From: Patescibacteria group bacterium | GTDB taxonomy: Bacteria > Patescibacteriota > WWE3 > UBA101185 > UBA10185 | Reading direction: 5' to 3' | Assembly: GCA_018825365.1 (NCBI GenBank) | Contig: JAHJEV010000003.1 | Span: 108,670 to 172,669 of the forward strand | DNA: 64,000 nucleotides | In this document: in pieces, positions 1-9,912 of the stretch | Layout: each line of letters opens with the position of its first letter | Position numbering within the stretch: the first letter of the stretch is position 1 | Notes under the pieces: generated by a model | Seen by the model: the letters and a program-made list of their open reading frames with translations, nothing else | The model's database searches: none | Told to the model about the DNA's origin: nothing | Position numbers and translations under genes: made by a program

Positions 1-2
1 AG

Positions 3-128
3 GTTTTCGAAAAAAAGAACAAAGTTTGGTACTATCTTTCGCTTGTAGCATTTTATGCCTTTTACGCAGGATACCTTGCTATTTGGACAAGGGGTATAAG
101 AATTACGGATGGAATTATTAGCTTGTAA
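3..128 (+). CDS. 3' end of a membrane protein entering from the window edge
   Basis: Open frame VFEKKNKVWYYLSLVAFYAFYAGYLAIWTRGIRITDGIISL* with a hydrophobic helix. Confidence 0.55.
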   Translation, partial: VFEKKNKVWYYLSLVAFYAFYAGYLAIWTRGIRITDGIISL

Positions 129-1308
129 ATAGTGTGATTTTAGGTTCCTGGGATATTATTTCCAATGCTGACCCGACTATATTTTTCATGTCGCATTTTT
201 TTATAGCTTTAAGTTCGTAAAGGTGGTTTTGGCTTTCGTTACCGTGAAGCAAAAGGTCTGAATAAAACTCGGCAATCTGGGAAGTTTTTTCAAATCTAAA
301 TTTGAAATCAGCAATAATTCTTTTTTTCACGTGTTCGATATTTCTGACGCTTGCGATTTTTTGGATGTTGTTTAATGCGGCAAAAACTACTTTTATGACT
401 TCTTGAACTTTTTCTTTTTCACAGGATAAGGAGATACTAAAAAGTCCATAGGTTCCTGTTGAAAAAGAATTACAGGATATACCATAAACGTACCCAAGCT
501 TTTCCCGAATTAGGTTTTTAAGAAAAGTATCCAATACCAAAGCTAGTATTGCTGATGAGTACTTCCTATCCTCGTTTGTTTTGTATCCGTAGAAGTCTAT
601 CTTAATGTAGTTTTGTTTAATTCCATTCATCTTTATTCTTTGGGTTTCCCTTTTTTCATTTCTTTTGTGTTTCACGTGGTCGGACCTTTTACCTTTCGGT
701 AAGCGACAAAAAAAGTTCTCAATGTAGGGGACGATGCTATTTTGACTAACATTCCCGCAAAGAACAAGAACAAAATTGTTTGGTGTGTAGCGTCTCTCCT
801 GAAAGAAATTTATGTTTTTAGTATTAAGTTCCCTGATGCTGTTTTCATAACCCGTGTTTTTTATAGACAGTCTGTCATTTGGGAACAAAATTTTATAAGA
901 CATTGAGTTAATAAGTCTTTCAGGTATATTTTGGGATCTTTTTATTTCCTGAATAACTACTTTTTTCTGAATCAATATGTCCTCACTTGAAAAGTCGTTT
1001 TTATCAAAAATGTGAAAAAGAAACTCAAGTCCATCCAAAACGTCTTCTTTTAGTACTTTGACCATGTACAAGACGTCATCTCTGCTTGTCACACCCAGAA
1101 TCTTCCCACCGTTTATAAGAATTTTATTTTTGTTTCCTTTAAGGAGGTTTAAATGCTCTAGCAAGTGAGCCGCGCCTATTTGACTTGCGTTTTCATAACT
1201 ACTTCCCGCAAAACCTTTTAGGTGGATAGTAACAGAATCTACATTTGCGCGAGGAATTACGCAAATCCTCAGCCCGTTTTTTAATTTCTTGATTTTAGGT
1301 ACACGCAT
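118..1308 (-). CDS. M16 family zinc peptidase
   Basis: Inverted zincin HLLEH motif in GAAHLLEHL; YTPNNFVLVLCGN; IREKLGYVYG. Confidence 0.9.
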   Translation of the reverse strand: MRVPKIKKLKNGLRICVIPRANVDSVTIHLKGFAGSSYENASQIGAAHLLEHLNLLKGNKNKILINGGKILGVTSRDDVLYMVKVLKEDVLDGLEFLFHIFDKNDFSSEDILIQKKVVIQEIKRSQNIPERLINSMSYKILFPNDRLSIKNTGYENSIRELNTKNINFFQERRYTPNNFVLVLCGNVSQNSIVPYIENFFCRLPKGKRSDHVKHKRNEKRETQRIKMNGIKQNYIKIDFYGYKTNEDRKYSSAILALVLDTFLKNLIREKLGYVYGISCNSFSTGTYGLFSISLSCEKEKVQEVIKVVFAALNNIQKIASVRNIEHVKKRIIADFKFRFEKTSQIAEFYSDLLLHGNESQNHLYELKAIKKCDMKNIVGSALEIISQEPKITLFTS

Positions 1309-1361
1309 TTTTAACTAATATATTGACTTTAGCTTAGTCTGGATTTAATCTTAGTGTAATT

Positions 1362-1892
1362 ATGCTTCCCGAATATAAAAAATACATTAAATTTTTCACT
1401 GTTGCACTTTTCCTTGTTTTTACCTTTAAATCAACGTTTGCAGCTACTTTGACACTCACAAAAATTGGAGTTTTGGATCTTGGAGGCAAAACTTATAATG
1501 AATGGTGGTATACGGGAACCAACCCAACCTTTTACGGTACAGCCGCGAAAGATTCTACTGTTAGTTTAAAGATTGCAGAAACGACTTTTACGACGACAGC
1601 GGATGTCGCAGGTAATTGGTCTTACCTCGTTAGTATGGCAAAAGGAGACTATGCGATTGAGATTTCGTCAGGGACAGAGAAACTCTCTTTCACTTTGCAC
1701 CTCGGCCAAACAATGTCCGATTCTACTTCACAAACCAGTCCCTCAGCCCCCGGCACACTGTCCACAGGATTTAACCAATTTATTGGGGTAACATTCGGAA
1801 TCGGGGTAATACTACTGGCTACGTATTTATACTTTTCTACAGATAGCAAAAGAAAAACCATTTTTGAGAATAGGATGTTGAAGGAAGATTAA
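1362..1892 (+). CDS. Exported Ig-like domain protein with C-terminal membrane anchor
   Basis: Signal peptide; PTFYGTA...TTTADVAGNWSY Ig-like pattern; Ser/Thr linker; TM helix then basic tail. Confidence 0.7.
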   Translation: MLPEYKKYIKFFTVALFLVFTFKSTFAATLTLTKIGVLDLGGKTYNEWWYTGTNPTFYGTAAKDSTVSLKIAETTFTTTADVAGNWSYLVSMAKGDYAIEISSGTEKLSFTLHLGQTMSDSTSQTSPSAPGTLSTGFNQFIGVTFGIGVILLATYLYFSTDSKRKTIFENRMLKED

Positions 1893-1902
1893 ACCCCTCA
1901 CT

Positions 1903-2300
1903 CTATTTTGTAATTTTCAAAGCTAACTTGTGAAGTTCCTCATGTGTTGGAGTACAGCCTTCGGCATCTAAAACCATTTTCAAAGACTCGCCTTTCCTTA
2001 GCGGATAAAGTTTCAAGTGTAGATGATTAATTTCGATTCCTTCAAAAAGTGCGGAAACTCTTTCTATAATTAGATTTTTTCTAACAGTATCGAAACCTTT
2101 TTGGCAGCACTTATTAGGTTGTGGACATCCCTATCCTCGTTATGAAAAACGTTCGAGCTTAAATGTTGTTTTGGTATTATTAAAGTCATCCCTTCTGTTG
2201 TGGGGTGTATATCTAAAAAAGCAAGAAAATCCCTGTCCTCCCAAATTTTTTCACATGGAATTTCTCCTTTTGCAATTCTACAAAAAATACAATTGTCCAT
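1903..2300 (-). pseudogene. HIT family hydrolase, frameshifted (or sequencing indel)
   Basis: N-terminus CIFCRIAKGEIP...AFLDIHP; adding one A in the A6 run near 2075-2080 continues into FEGIEINHLHLKLYP and ends at 1903. Confidence 0.8.
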
Positions 2301-2496
2301 GACTAAATATTACCAAAAACTAAATAGGAATTCAGTGTCTTAATAGAGACGTTGAGGATTACAAAAAACTAGGATTACAAAAAGGGTTATTGTATTAGTA
2401 TCAATACCTCTAGGTAACAATTGTAGTTGAAATCGTCTTTACACCTGGTTTTTCTTTTCGCGCAACCCGCACAGGTTCTGTCTCACCTTTATGTTT

Positions 2497-3018
2497 TTAG
2501 TTCTTTGGCGATTCCTGGAATTGTATGTTGCTTGGAATTACGAACATTGAGTTATCAGCGGTCCAAGGTGTACACTCGGTTGCTGGAGTAGTTTCCGTTG
2601 AAGTAGCCTCTGGATCTGTTGTATTAGGTCGAATCGGCAAATCGGTAACTTTTATTTTTGTGCCCACATCTTCTCCTGTGGCCCATGAGTATATCCACTC
2701 ACCGTCAGAAATGTTGTTAAATTCCATCAGCACACCGTCAGGATTATGATTATTTGTAACTGTGTTAGATTTATCACCAGAGACATATGAAGTTCCTGAA
2801 AAAGTTCCATTTTCATCGGTCGCTGAGAAAATACACTTTTGGCCTTGGTCTGTGTTTGCAGTATTTGTTGGGTTAGTTATTACAGCCTCTTCTTTACCAG
2901 TAGTGGTTTTTGGCGTATTACTAGTTGTTGTAGTGAATTTTTTTACGAAACCAATTAACAAAATTGATGCAAATATTAAAGCCAAAAGAATTAATAAAAT
3001 TAAAAGCTTTTTTTTCAT
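2497..3018 (-). CDS. Hypothetical membrane-anchored exported protein
   Basis: N-terminal TM helix, Thr-rich linker, Cys pair, DNSMFVIPSNIQF tail. Confidence 0.7.
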   Translation of the reverse strand: MKKKLLILLILLALIFASILLIGFVKKFTTTTSNTPKTTTGKEEAVITNPTNTANTDQGQKCIFSATDENGTFSGTSYVSGDKSNTVTNNHNPDGVLMEFNNISDGEWIYSWATGEDVGTKIKVTDLPIRPNTTDPEATSTETTPATECTPWTADNSMFVIPSNIQFQESPKN

Positions 3019-3073
3019 ATCTACCCCCCAATAATTAAAATACTACATGTGTTTAGATTATACATATTTTAGA

Positions 3074-3838
3074 TCAGTATGTCTGACGATTATTATTTTT
3101 ATTCTTATACATGTTTCGATCAGCCGTTGAGAGCATGAACCTCATTCCATTCTTATCGTTAGCTGTTGTGTAACCCATCGATACACTAAGTGGAATTTTG
3201 GATTTTTTATTTTGGCGAAGAACTTTATTATTAATAGTATCCATGATTCTAAGTGCTATTTTGTTGTCGGCTTTTGGAATTAAAATAACGAATTCATCTC
3301 CCCCCATTCTAGCCGCTACATCACTTTTTCTAATAGATTTTTTTATAATTTCCCCGGTATTTTTAATTACTTTATCACCCGCAACGTGTCCGTGTGTATC
3401 GTTAATCGTTTTTAACTTATCTATATCTAGGAAGATGACTGAAACGGGAGAGTCCCTTCCGTTTTTAAATCTTTCAAACTCAGTTTCAAGAAACCCTCTG
3501 TTATAAAGACCTGTCATGGAGTCGTGAGTTGCACGATAAGCGTAACCACTTTTATCAGATGTATCTCGCGCGAGTATTATGCAACCCTGTTCCATTTTAT
3601 TTAACGGCTTAATATTAAGGTTGTAGTATAAATAATCGTCTATGAAAGTAGTTTTTCCGGTGTTTAGCTTCCGAATGTTTTTAGGTGAGATAATTAAATC
3701 CTTAAATTTTTTGGGAAAGATGTCTGGAGATATTCTACTTGCGTTCTTATTGGAATATATCAGATCCCCGTTTCCATCATAAAATGCAAAGCCAAGGGGT
3801 AGTAATTCTAGGATTTTTTTATATTCTTTTATATTCAC
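3074..3838 (-). CDS. Diguanylate cyclase (PAS-like + GGDEF)
   Basis: HDSMTGLYNR, DIDKLKTINDTHGHVAGD, RMGGDEF. Confidence 0.92.
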   Translation of the reverse strand: MNIKEYKKILELLPLGFAFYDGNGDLIYSNKNASRISPDIFPKKFKDLIISPKNIRKLNTGKTTFIDDYLYYNLNIKPLNKMEQGCIILARDTSDKSGYAYRATHDSMTGLYNRGFLETEFERFKNGRDSPVSVIFLDIDKLKTINDTHGHVAGDKVIKNTGEIIKKSIRKSDVAARMGGDEFVILIPKADNKIALRIMDTINNKVLRQNKKSKIPLSVSMGYTTANDKNGMRFMLSTADRNMYKNKNNNRQTY

Positions 3839-4486
3839 TTTTCTATTATATCAATTGAGGTTACGCTGACAGGAGAAACCGGTTTTGACATCTCACCATT
3901 CCCACTATCTATAACTTCAGACTCTGCAATTTTATCCACAGTTTCCACCCCATTTATAACAGTTCCAAATATCACATAGTTTTTTGGCAGGTCCGTTCTG
4001 TCTTTTTGCATTATAAAAAACTGGCTTCCATTTGTGTTGGGGCCGGCATTTGCCATCGCGACGGTTCCTTTGGTGTATTCTCCATCAAAAGGCTCGTCAT
4101 TAAATATGGTATCCCGGGCCGCCGCTTCCCGTTCCGGTTGGATCGCCGCCTTGTATCATGAAATCCTTTACGACTCTGTGAAATATAGTGTTGTCGTAAA
4201 ATCCCGATCTTGCAAGATAAATGAAGTTCGTAGCGGTTATCGTTGCGTCCAACGTATTAATTTGGATTGTTATATCACCGTAGGTGGTGTGTAGAACAGC
4301 TTTATAATCTTTTGTTATATCAACTTTAGTCTGTGGCGGTTGCACTTGATTTTTGTTTATAATGCTTGGTGCGATCTCAGTGACCTGTTTAGGCGCTGAG
4401 TTAAATGATTTGTCGCTACCAAAAATCACAACTACGATTATCAAAAGGGGAATCCCCGCAAGTATAGCAATTTGTTTTATATTCAT
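3835..4486 (-). pseudogene. Cyclophilin-type PPIase split by a 1-nt insertion (or sequencing indel)
   Basis: FHRVVKDFMIQGGDPTGTGSGGPGY and MANAGPNTNGSQFFI lie in different frames; removing one base near 4108 joins them as GYIFNDEPFDGEYTKGTVAMAN. Confidence 0.85.
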
Positions 4487-4504
4487 AAACTATTCTCCTA
4501 ACTT

Positions 4505-4598
4505 TTATTTTAAAAATATTATAGTTTTCTTAAGTCCCGTTTCCAAGTCTACTGTAGATTCTCAAGATGATCCATTCAGTTACGACTATAGTTTTCAT
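4505..4598 (-). pseudogene. Remnant of NAD-dependent epimerase/dehydratase (termini only)
   Basis: MKTIVVT start next to STVDLETGLKKTIIFLK*, the typical termini of extended SDR epimerases. Confidence 0.5.
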
Positions 4599-4672
4599 AT
4601 TGATATCTTACACGATTGTCGTAAACTTTTTAATTAGAAGCTTTAGTGAATCTCTGCTAATATTAAATAAGT

Positions 4673-5503
4673 ATGTATCTATCAATTGATTTAGGCAGAT
4701 CTACAACAAGGGTAGCCTCAACAACAGATCTTCAAAAGATCCATAAGATAGTTAAATTTCCAACCGACACAAACTTTGAAAAACAGGTAAAACATATAAC
4801 TACTGCCATATATGATGTTTCAGATAACGATCACATTCACTCTGTTGCCTTAGGTGTTCCCGGGATATTAGATAAAAATTCAAAGAAGTTTGTTTCAAGT
4901 GCAAACTACCCTGTTTTGGCGGGTCTTTCATTTAATTCACTTCTTCCGGATAGTTTAAGAAACGCAAAATTGATTGTAGAAAATGACGCATTGTTTGGTG
5001 GGCTTGGAGAAGCTTACTTTGGAGCCGGAGTGGAATTTAACACCCTTGCCTATTTGACTTTGAGTACCGGGGTTGGTGGAACAAGAATAGAAAAAAGCAA
5101 AGAAGGTAGTTACACATTTATCGAATCGGAGCCCGGACACCATATTATTTGTGAGACTGATAAGGTGGCTGATAAGACAGGGATATTTGGAACGTTTGAA
5201 TCTTTTTGCTCAGGTTCGTATTTTGAGATGAGATACGGTGAAAAACCTACAAATATTAAAAAAGATAAAGTGTGGGAGGGTTATGCCAAACATCTATCAA
5301 GCGGAATTATTAATATCATTTCTTTATGGAAACCACAGGTTATAGTTCTTGGAGGCGGGGTGTCCAACAACTTCGACTGCTTCTATCCATATTTGAAAGA
5401 ATACTTATCAAAGCAGACCTTTTTTACAATTCCAGATATTGTAAAGTCTCAACTTGGAGATGAGTCCGGGGTATATGGTGGGTTTGTTTTACTTCGGGAG
5501 TAA
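4673..5503 (+). CDS. ROK family sugar kinase
   Basis: IDLGRS, LGVPG, VENDA, YLTLSTGVGG, EPGH, VLGGGV. Confidence 0.9.
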   Translation: MYLSIDLGRSTTRVASTTDLQKIHKIVKFPTDTNFEKQVKHITTAIYDVSDNDHIHSVALGVPGILDKNSKKFVSSANYPVLAGLSFNSLLPDSLRNAKLIVENDALFGGLGEAYFGAGVEFNTLAYLTLSTGVGGTRIEKSKEGSYTFIESEPGHHIICETDKVADKTGIFGTFESFCSGSYFEMRYGEKPTNIKKDKVWEGYAKHLSSGIINIISLWKPQVIVLGGGVSNNFDCFYPYLKEYLSKQTFFTIPDIVKSQLGDESGVYGGFVLLRE

Positions 5504-5506
5504 AAA

Positions 5507-5938
5507 ATGAAATTTTGCATAATATATAAATATCAAACGACTAAAGATAAATCTCAGCTTGGAAAGGAGCTTGAGCAGCTCTCCTCTCTTATCTCTGACC
5601 TTGGCGACAACGAAACCTTTATATTTGACAGAGATGTAAAAAACTGGAGTGATGTTGACATACCGCGTGAGGAATCTTCTAAAATGATGTTTTCCAGAAT
5701 AAAGCAGTCTGATGGAGTTATTGCATATGTTAGCCACAACGAACCTAGCGAGGGCATGGCAATGGAATCCGGATATGCTAAAGCTTTAGGTAAAAAAATA
5801 ATATTGGCTTGCAAGAAAGGAAGTTCCGCACTAAGGGTTAGAAGTATCTGTGACGCTTATATTGAGTTTGAAGATATGGAGGATTTAAAAATCCAAATGT
5901 CAGATTACTTAAAAAGTGCCTTTGCCGTATCCCAATAA
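5507..5938 (+). CDS. Nucleoside 2-deoxyribosyltransferase-like protein
   Basis: IKQSDGVIA...SEGMAMESGYAKALGKKII. Confidence 0.75.
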   Translation: MKFCIIYKYQTTKDKSQLGKELEQLSSLISDLGDNETFIFDRDVKNWSDVDIPREESSKMMFSRIKQSDGVIAYVSHNEPSEGMAMESGYAKALGKKIILACKKGSSALRVRSICDAYIEFEDMEDLKIQMSDYLKSAFAVSQ

Positions 5939-6984
5939 TAGGAATTTCCATTAAGTTTCTGAAAATACCACCATTCTGCTCCCCACAGATAGAGATTTTT
6001 AAAACCTGATTTCTGGGCGTAACTTATCGTAGATATGAAATCAGCACGGGACATGGTTTTATCCGTCTCGTTTTGTGAGAGTTGCGAGTTAATACCGGGT
6101 CCCCAAGGTTCCCCTTGGAGTTCAGTAATATAAATCTTATCGACTGGAACCCCAACTAGATTAGCCTTGATTTTATAGGTCCAGTAGCTAAGTGGGTATT
6201 GGAAATATATGAATCTGCCGCCAAAAATGTGCCAAAAGTCATACCAGATTTTTCTATACATCGATATCCCAAGGTAGTCTCCAAGTTCATAGGTAGGTTT
6301 CCAGAAACCACCCTCTCCGCTATCTTGAACAAGAATAGGTCTTTTATCCATGCTTCTTACCAACCCTATTTCTTTTATCACCAATTCCCTTTTGATTTCA
6401 GGTTTGCTGCATGTCCCAAAAGGCCAGAAAGGCTCGTTTTCCACCTGCCACATTTTTATTGATGAGAAGTCTTTAAATTCTTTTATGGTAGCTTTTATGT
6501 AGTTAAGCAAGGCTTGTTCTCTTAAGGCATCGCTTGGTAACTCCTTCCACCAAGATGGTTCGAAGCATTCCGGATATCTTGGTACTTTTCTTCCGATAGC
6601 TAAAATCACGTTTAGATTTCTTTTTTGTGCTTCCTGTATCTGCCATTTGATGTTTGAGAAGTCGTAAACATCCGGATTTTTCTCTATCTCATCCCAATAG
6701 GCTACTAACCTTACGTTTTTTGCCTCCAGATCATCAAGGATAGTTAGGTAGGTTTCTCTCCAATTAAGCCCCATCTGTTCGGAGTATCTGTTAGAAAAAG
6801 TGATCCCGTAATTAATTTCTTTTTGAACTTTAGGTCTTAGTGCAAAAAAAAGAATCACCGGGGAAATTAAAAGAAGAATCGAAAAAACTAGAATTATCTG
6901 GATTACCTTCAGGGAAAATAACCTACGAAGCAGACTCCCTGCTTTTTCAAATTGTCTTTTCAGGGCAGATTTGTGGGCAAACAT
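5905..6984 (-). CDS. Membrane-anchored clan GH-A glycoside hydrolase
   Basis: N-terminal TM; WQVENEP (acid/base) and ITELQ (nucleophile); YLWGAEWW. Confidence 0.8.
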   Translation of the reverse strand: MFAHKSALKRQFEKAGSLLRRLFSLKVIQIILVFSILLLISPVILFFALRPKVQKEINYGITFSNRYSEQMGLNWRETYLTILDDLEAKNVRLVAYWDEIEKNPDVYDFSNIKWQIQEAQKRNLNVILAIGRKVPRYPECFEPSWWKELPSDALREQALLNYIKATIKEFKDFSSIKMWQVENEPFWPFGTCSKPEIKRELVIKEIGLVRSMDKRPILVQDSGEGGFWKPTYELGDYLGISMYRKIWYDFWHIFGGRFIYFQYPLSYWTYKIKANLVGVPVDKIYITELQGEPWGPGINSQLSQNETDKTMSRADFISTISYAQKSGFKNLYLWGAEWWYFQKLNGNSYYWDTAKALFK

Positions 6985-6985
6985 T

Positions 6986-8167
6986 TTATTCTCCTAATGA
7001 ATTATTATGGCAGATTTCACCATAGTAATAAAAGGACTTTCTTGGCTTTCTGGCTAAAGTTTTTCTGTCTATTGCAACAAGACCAAATTTTGGCCAGTAA
7101 CCTTCATGCCATTCAAAATTATCAATTAACGACCAATAGAAATATCCTTCCAATTGAACTCCCATTTGCATGGATTCGTAACAAGCAATAAGCATAGCCT
7201 TAATAAATACTTTTCTAAGTTTATCCTCGGTATCTGCAAGACCGTTTTCTGTTATGTAAATCGGTACCTTATACCTTTTCATATGTAAAAGTACTTTCTT
7301 TAAACCTTCTGGGTTAATCCACCAATTTAAGTTACTTACCATACCCGCCGGATGTATAGGTTTTAAATTTTTAATTTGGTTAGTGAAGTAGTAGTTTAGG
7401 CCAATCACATCTACATGTTTTAAAATCGGATAGATAAAAAAGTCTGAGTTGAGGAAAAACAGGAACTTTGCCATAAGTCTGTCTAAAAAGAAAGGCCTTA
7501 CTTCAAAAGTTTCATACCAAACAATGTGTTTGACAATACCGACAGTGTAGTTTCCGACTGATTTTATTGCCTTCGCAGCTTCGTTATGAGCTTTCATCAA
7601 AATTAACTGGCATTTATAGGATAAAATAGGATTCACTTTATTAGGTGGCCATATACCAAGAAGGTAGCATATCATTGAGAGAACTTGAGGTTCATTGATT
7701 GTAAAAAATACATTTGTCAGTGGGCCTAACTCCTGGGCGCATTTTTTCGCGTACCTGGCAAAATACCACGGCGCCTTTAAATTTACCCAGCCACGTTTTT
7801 TTGCAAACCAGATTGGATTGGTAAAGTGATGAAGGGTTACATAAGTTTTTAAGCCTTTGTCTCGGGCTGCTTTCAGGACCTTCTTATAATGATCTAATTC
7901 TTTTTGATCAAACACTCCCTCCTTAGGTTCTATTCTTGCCCATTCCACGGAGAGTCTTATTCCATTGTTGTGCATTTGTTTTGCAAGTTCAAAGTCTTCT
8001 TCGTATCGGTTGTAGGAGTCACAGGCAAGTCCCGATGGTTCTAGGGGGTATTTTTGGCCGCGTTTTTTGTTGTGTTCCCACAACCACCAGTCGGTGTTAC
8101 TGTTGTTACCCTCAGTTTGATAGGCTGACACTGCTGTGCCCCAAATAAAGTCTGCTGGAAATTTCAT
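6986..8167 (-). CDS. Glycoside hydrolase family 1 (beta-glucosidase)
   Basis: FIWGTAVSAYQTEG, TINEP, YITENG, WSLIDNFEW. Confidence 0.95.
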   Translation of the reverse strand: MKFPADFIWGTAVSAYQTEGNNSNTDWWLWEHNKKRGQKYPLEPSGLACDSYNRYEEDFELAKQMHNNGIRLSVEWARIEPKEGVFDQKELDHYKKVLKAARDKGLKTYVTLHHFTNPIWFAKKRGWVNLKAPWYFARYAKKCAQELGPLTNVFFTINEPQVLSMICYLLGIWPPNKVNPILSYKCQLILMKAHNEAAKAIKSVGNYTVGIVKHIVWYETFEVRPFFLDRLMAKFLFFLNSDFFIYPILKHVDVIGLNYYFTNQIKNLKPIHPAGMVSNLNWWINPEGLKKVLLHMKRYKVPIYITENGLADTEDKLRKVFIKAMLIACYESMQMGVQLEGYFYWSLIDNFEWHEGYWPKFGLVAIDRKTLARKPRKSFYYYGEICHNNSLGE

Positions 8168-9018
8168 ATTTTATTTTGACTTCCAAAGATTTTTATTTTG
8201 TATTCAACAACTTTTTGCATTTCTTTGATCGGTTTTTGCATATATTTATAAGCAGCAATCTCTTTTGTGTTTTTAAGCTCTTCCTCAAGTGTCATTTTAA
8301 AAGTTATTCTTAACTCGGAATTTACGTTTATTTTCACAACCCCACATTTAATTGCCTCTTTTATATCATCTTCTATAATTCCCGACCCGCCGTGTAAAGA
8401 AAGGAAAGTATTTGGATTTTCCTTATGGATTTGTTTCAGAAGATCCAGATTGAGATGTTTGTTTTCCGAATATATCCCGTGAAGGTTTCCAACAAAGCTA
8501 GCAAACACATCTATGCCTGTTTTTTCTATAAACGCCTTAGCCTTGTCGGGATCTGTATATAGATTTTGGTCTACACTTGGTTTTTCACCCGTATGGTCCG
8601 CAGAACTCCCCTCGATACTGTCTATTTCCCCCTCAATAACCACCCCATTTTTGTGTGCATAGTCTGCAAGCTCTTTGCCTACTTTTACAGCCTCTTCAAA
8701 AGGAAGTTTTCCTCCGTCAAAATGTACGTAATCAAAGCCTGAGTCTATCGCCTGTTTAATCTTTTCTGGGTCAGTTCCATGATCAAGATTCAAAATTATA
8801 GGGATGTGAAGTTGTTTCTCAAAAGTTCTTGCTAATGAGACCATTTGAGAAACACCAATGTGTTCAATTTCACCCGGAGAACATTCAATAAGTATCGGTG
8901 AGTGAAGATTTTTTGCGGCATTTGTAATTGCCTTTAGAGTTTCAATATTTGCACAATTAAAAGCGCCAATTGCAAATTTCTCTTTTCGTGCTTTTTCAAG
9001 ATATTTTAATGCGTTCAT
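8164..9018 (-). CDS. fba: Class II fructose-bisphosphate aldolase
   Basis: AIGAFN, LNLDHG, GNLHG, LHGGSG, KINVNSE. Confidence 0.9.
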   Translation of the reverse strand: MNALKYLEKARKEKFAIGAFNCANIETLKAITNAAKNLHSPILIECSPGEIEHIGVSQMVSLARTFEKQLHIPIILNLDHGTDPEKIKQAIDSGFDYVHFDGGKLPFEEAVKVGKELADYAHKNGVVIEGEIDSIEGSSADHTGEKPSVDQNLYTDPDKAKAFIEKTGIDVFASFVGNLHGIYSENKHLNLDLLKQIHKENPNTFLSLHGGSGIIEDDIKEAIKCGVVKINVNSELRITFKMTLEEELKNTKEIAAYKYMQKPIKEMQKVVEYKIKIFGSQNKI

Positions 9019-9122
9019 TTTAGGCAGCTTTCAAAAACTCTTCTTATATATATTCTATAGATACTGAGTGTGTTTTCAAACGACTTTGATTAGAAGACTC
9101 AAAACACTTATAATTTGACGAT

Positions 9123-9716
9123 ATGTATTTCACCCACAGTTTAGTCGGAGCAGTAGCTCAAAGATTTGTAATCGATAAAGTTGATAAGAAGTTTACTGAA
9201 AAAGAAAAACGTGTTTTATGGATAGTTGGAATAACGGCATCGGTCTTACCCGATTTTGATCTTATCTACTCGGCACTCAATCACATGGCCAACCACAGGG
9301 GATTTATTACTCACGGGCTATTTATCTATTTGTTAATGAGCCTTTTTTTATACCTTCTGAGTTTTACTAAAGATAAAAAGGAGTTCGGACAAAAGTTTTT
9401 TAAAACTCTGGTGTTGTGTTTTCTTATCGGAATATCGGTTCATTTTTTGATGGACTTTATGGTAGGAGGAATCGTTTTTCTTGCCCCCTTTAGTTATAAG
9501 GTTTATGGTCTGGAGATGTCGTTTGAAAGATACAACGGGAATTGGCTTTTTAGATACCTGGAATCCAGATACATGTTTTTGGAATTGTTTAACTTAAGCT
9601 ATTTCTTAATTGTTTTAAAAAATAAAAAATATTTCTTCGGAAAGATTGTAGCTTTTGGATACTTATTAATGGCAATCTTTGCTTTCGTTTTTATAAATAT
9701 GATATTCTTCACGTAA
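9123..9716 (+). CDS. Membrane metal-dependent hydrolase (YbcI/YdjM-like)
   Basis: THSLVG, LPDFD, HRGFITH, HFLMD. Confidence 0.85.
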   Translation: MYFTHSLVGAVAQRFVIDKVDKKFTEKEKRVLWIVGITASVLPDFDLIYSALNHMANHRGFITHGLFIYLLMSLFLYLLSFTKDKKEFGQKFFKTLVLCFLIGISVHFLMDFMVGGIVFLAPFSYKVYGLEMSFERYNGNWLFRYLESRYMFLELFNLSYFLIVLKNKKYFFGKIVAFGYLLMAIFAFVFINMIFFT

Positions 9717-9718
9717 TA

Positions 9719-9880
9719 TTGACGAAATTGATTTTAACTATATAATTTTTCTTATATGGACCGCAGATTAGTTATAAAAATCTACAGAGGTTGGCATAAC
9801 GCTTAAGTTGAAGCGGGCTGACTTTTGTGATGTCAAAAGACTAATCGAATACAAGTTAACCCGCGAAAGCGGGATTTTTT
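9719..9880 (+). promoter_or_regulatory. Promoter, 16-aa leader ORF and antiterminator/terminator upstream of the M20 peptidase
   Basis: TTGACG-16-TATAAT; ORF 9756-9806 MDRRLVIKIYRGWHNA; CCCGC-GAAA-GCGGG-A-T6 at 9860-9880; 9813-9824 complementary to 9853-9864. Confidence 0.6.
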
Positions 9881-9912
9881 GTACAAATTTTTAAATAATA
9901 AGAGATAAAAAG

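Noticed and set aside
2357-2383. GGATTACAAAAA tandem duplication
   Set aside because: Only two short copies in AT-rich DNA; no supporting context.
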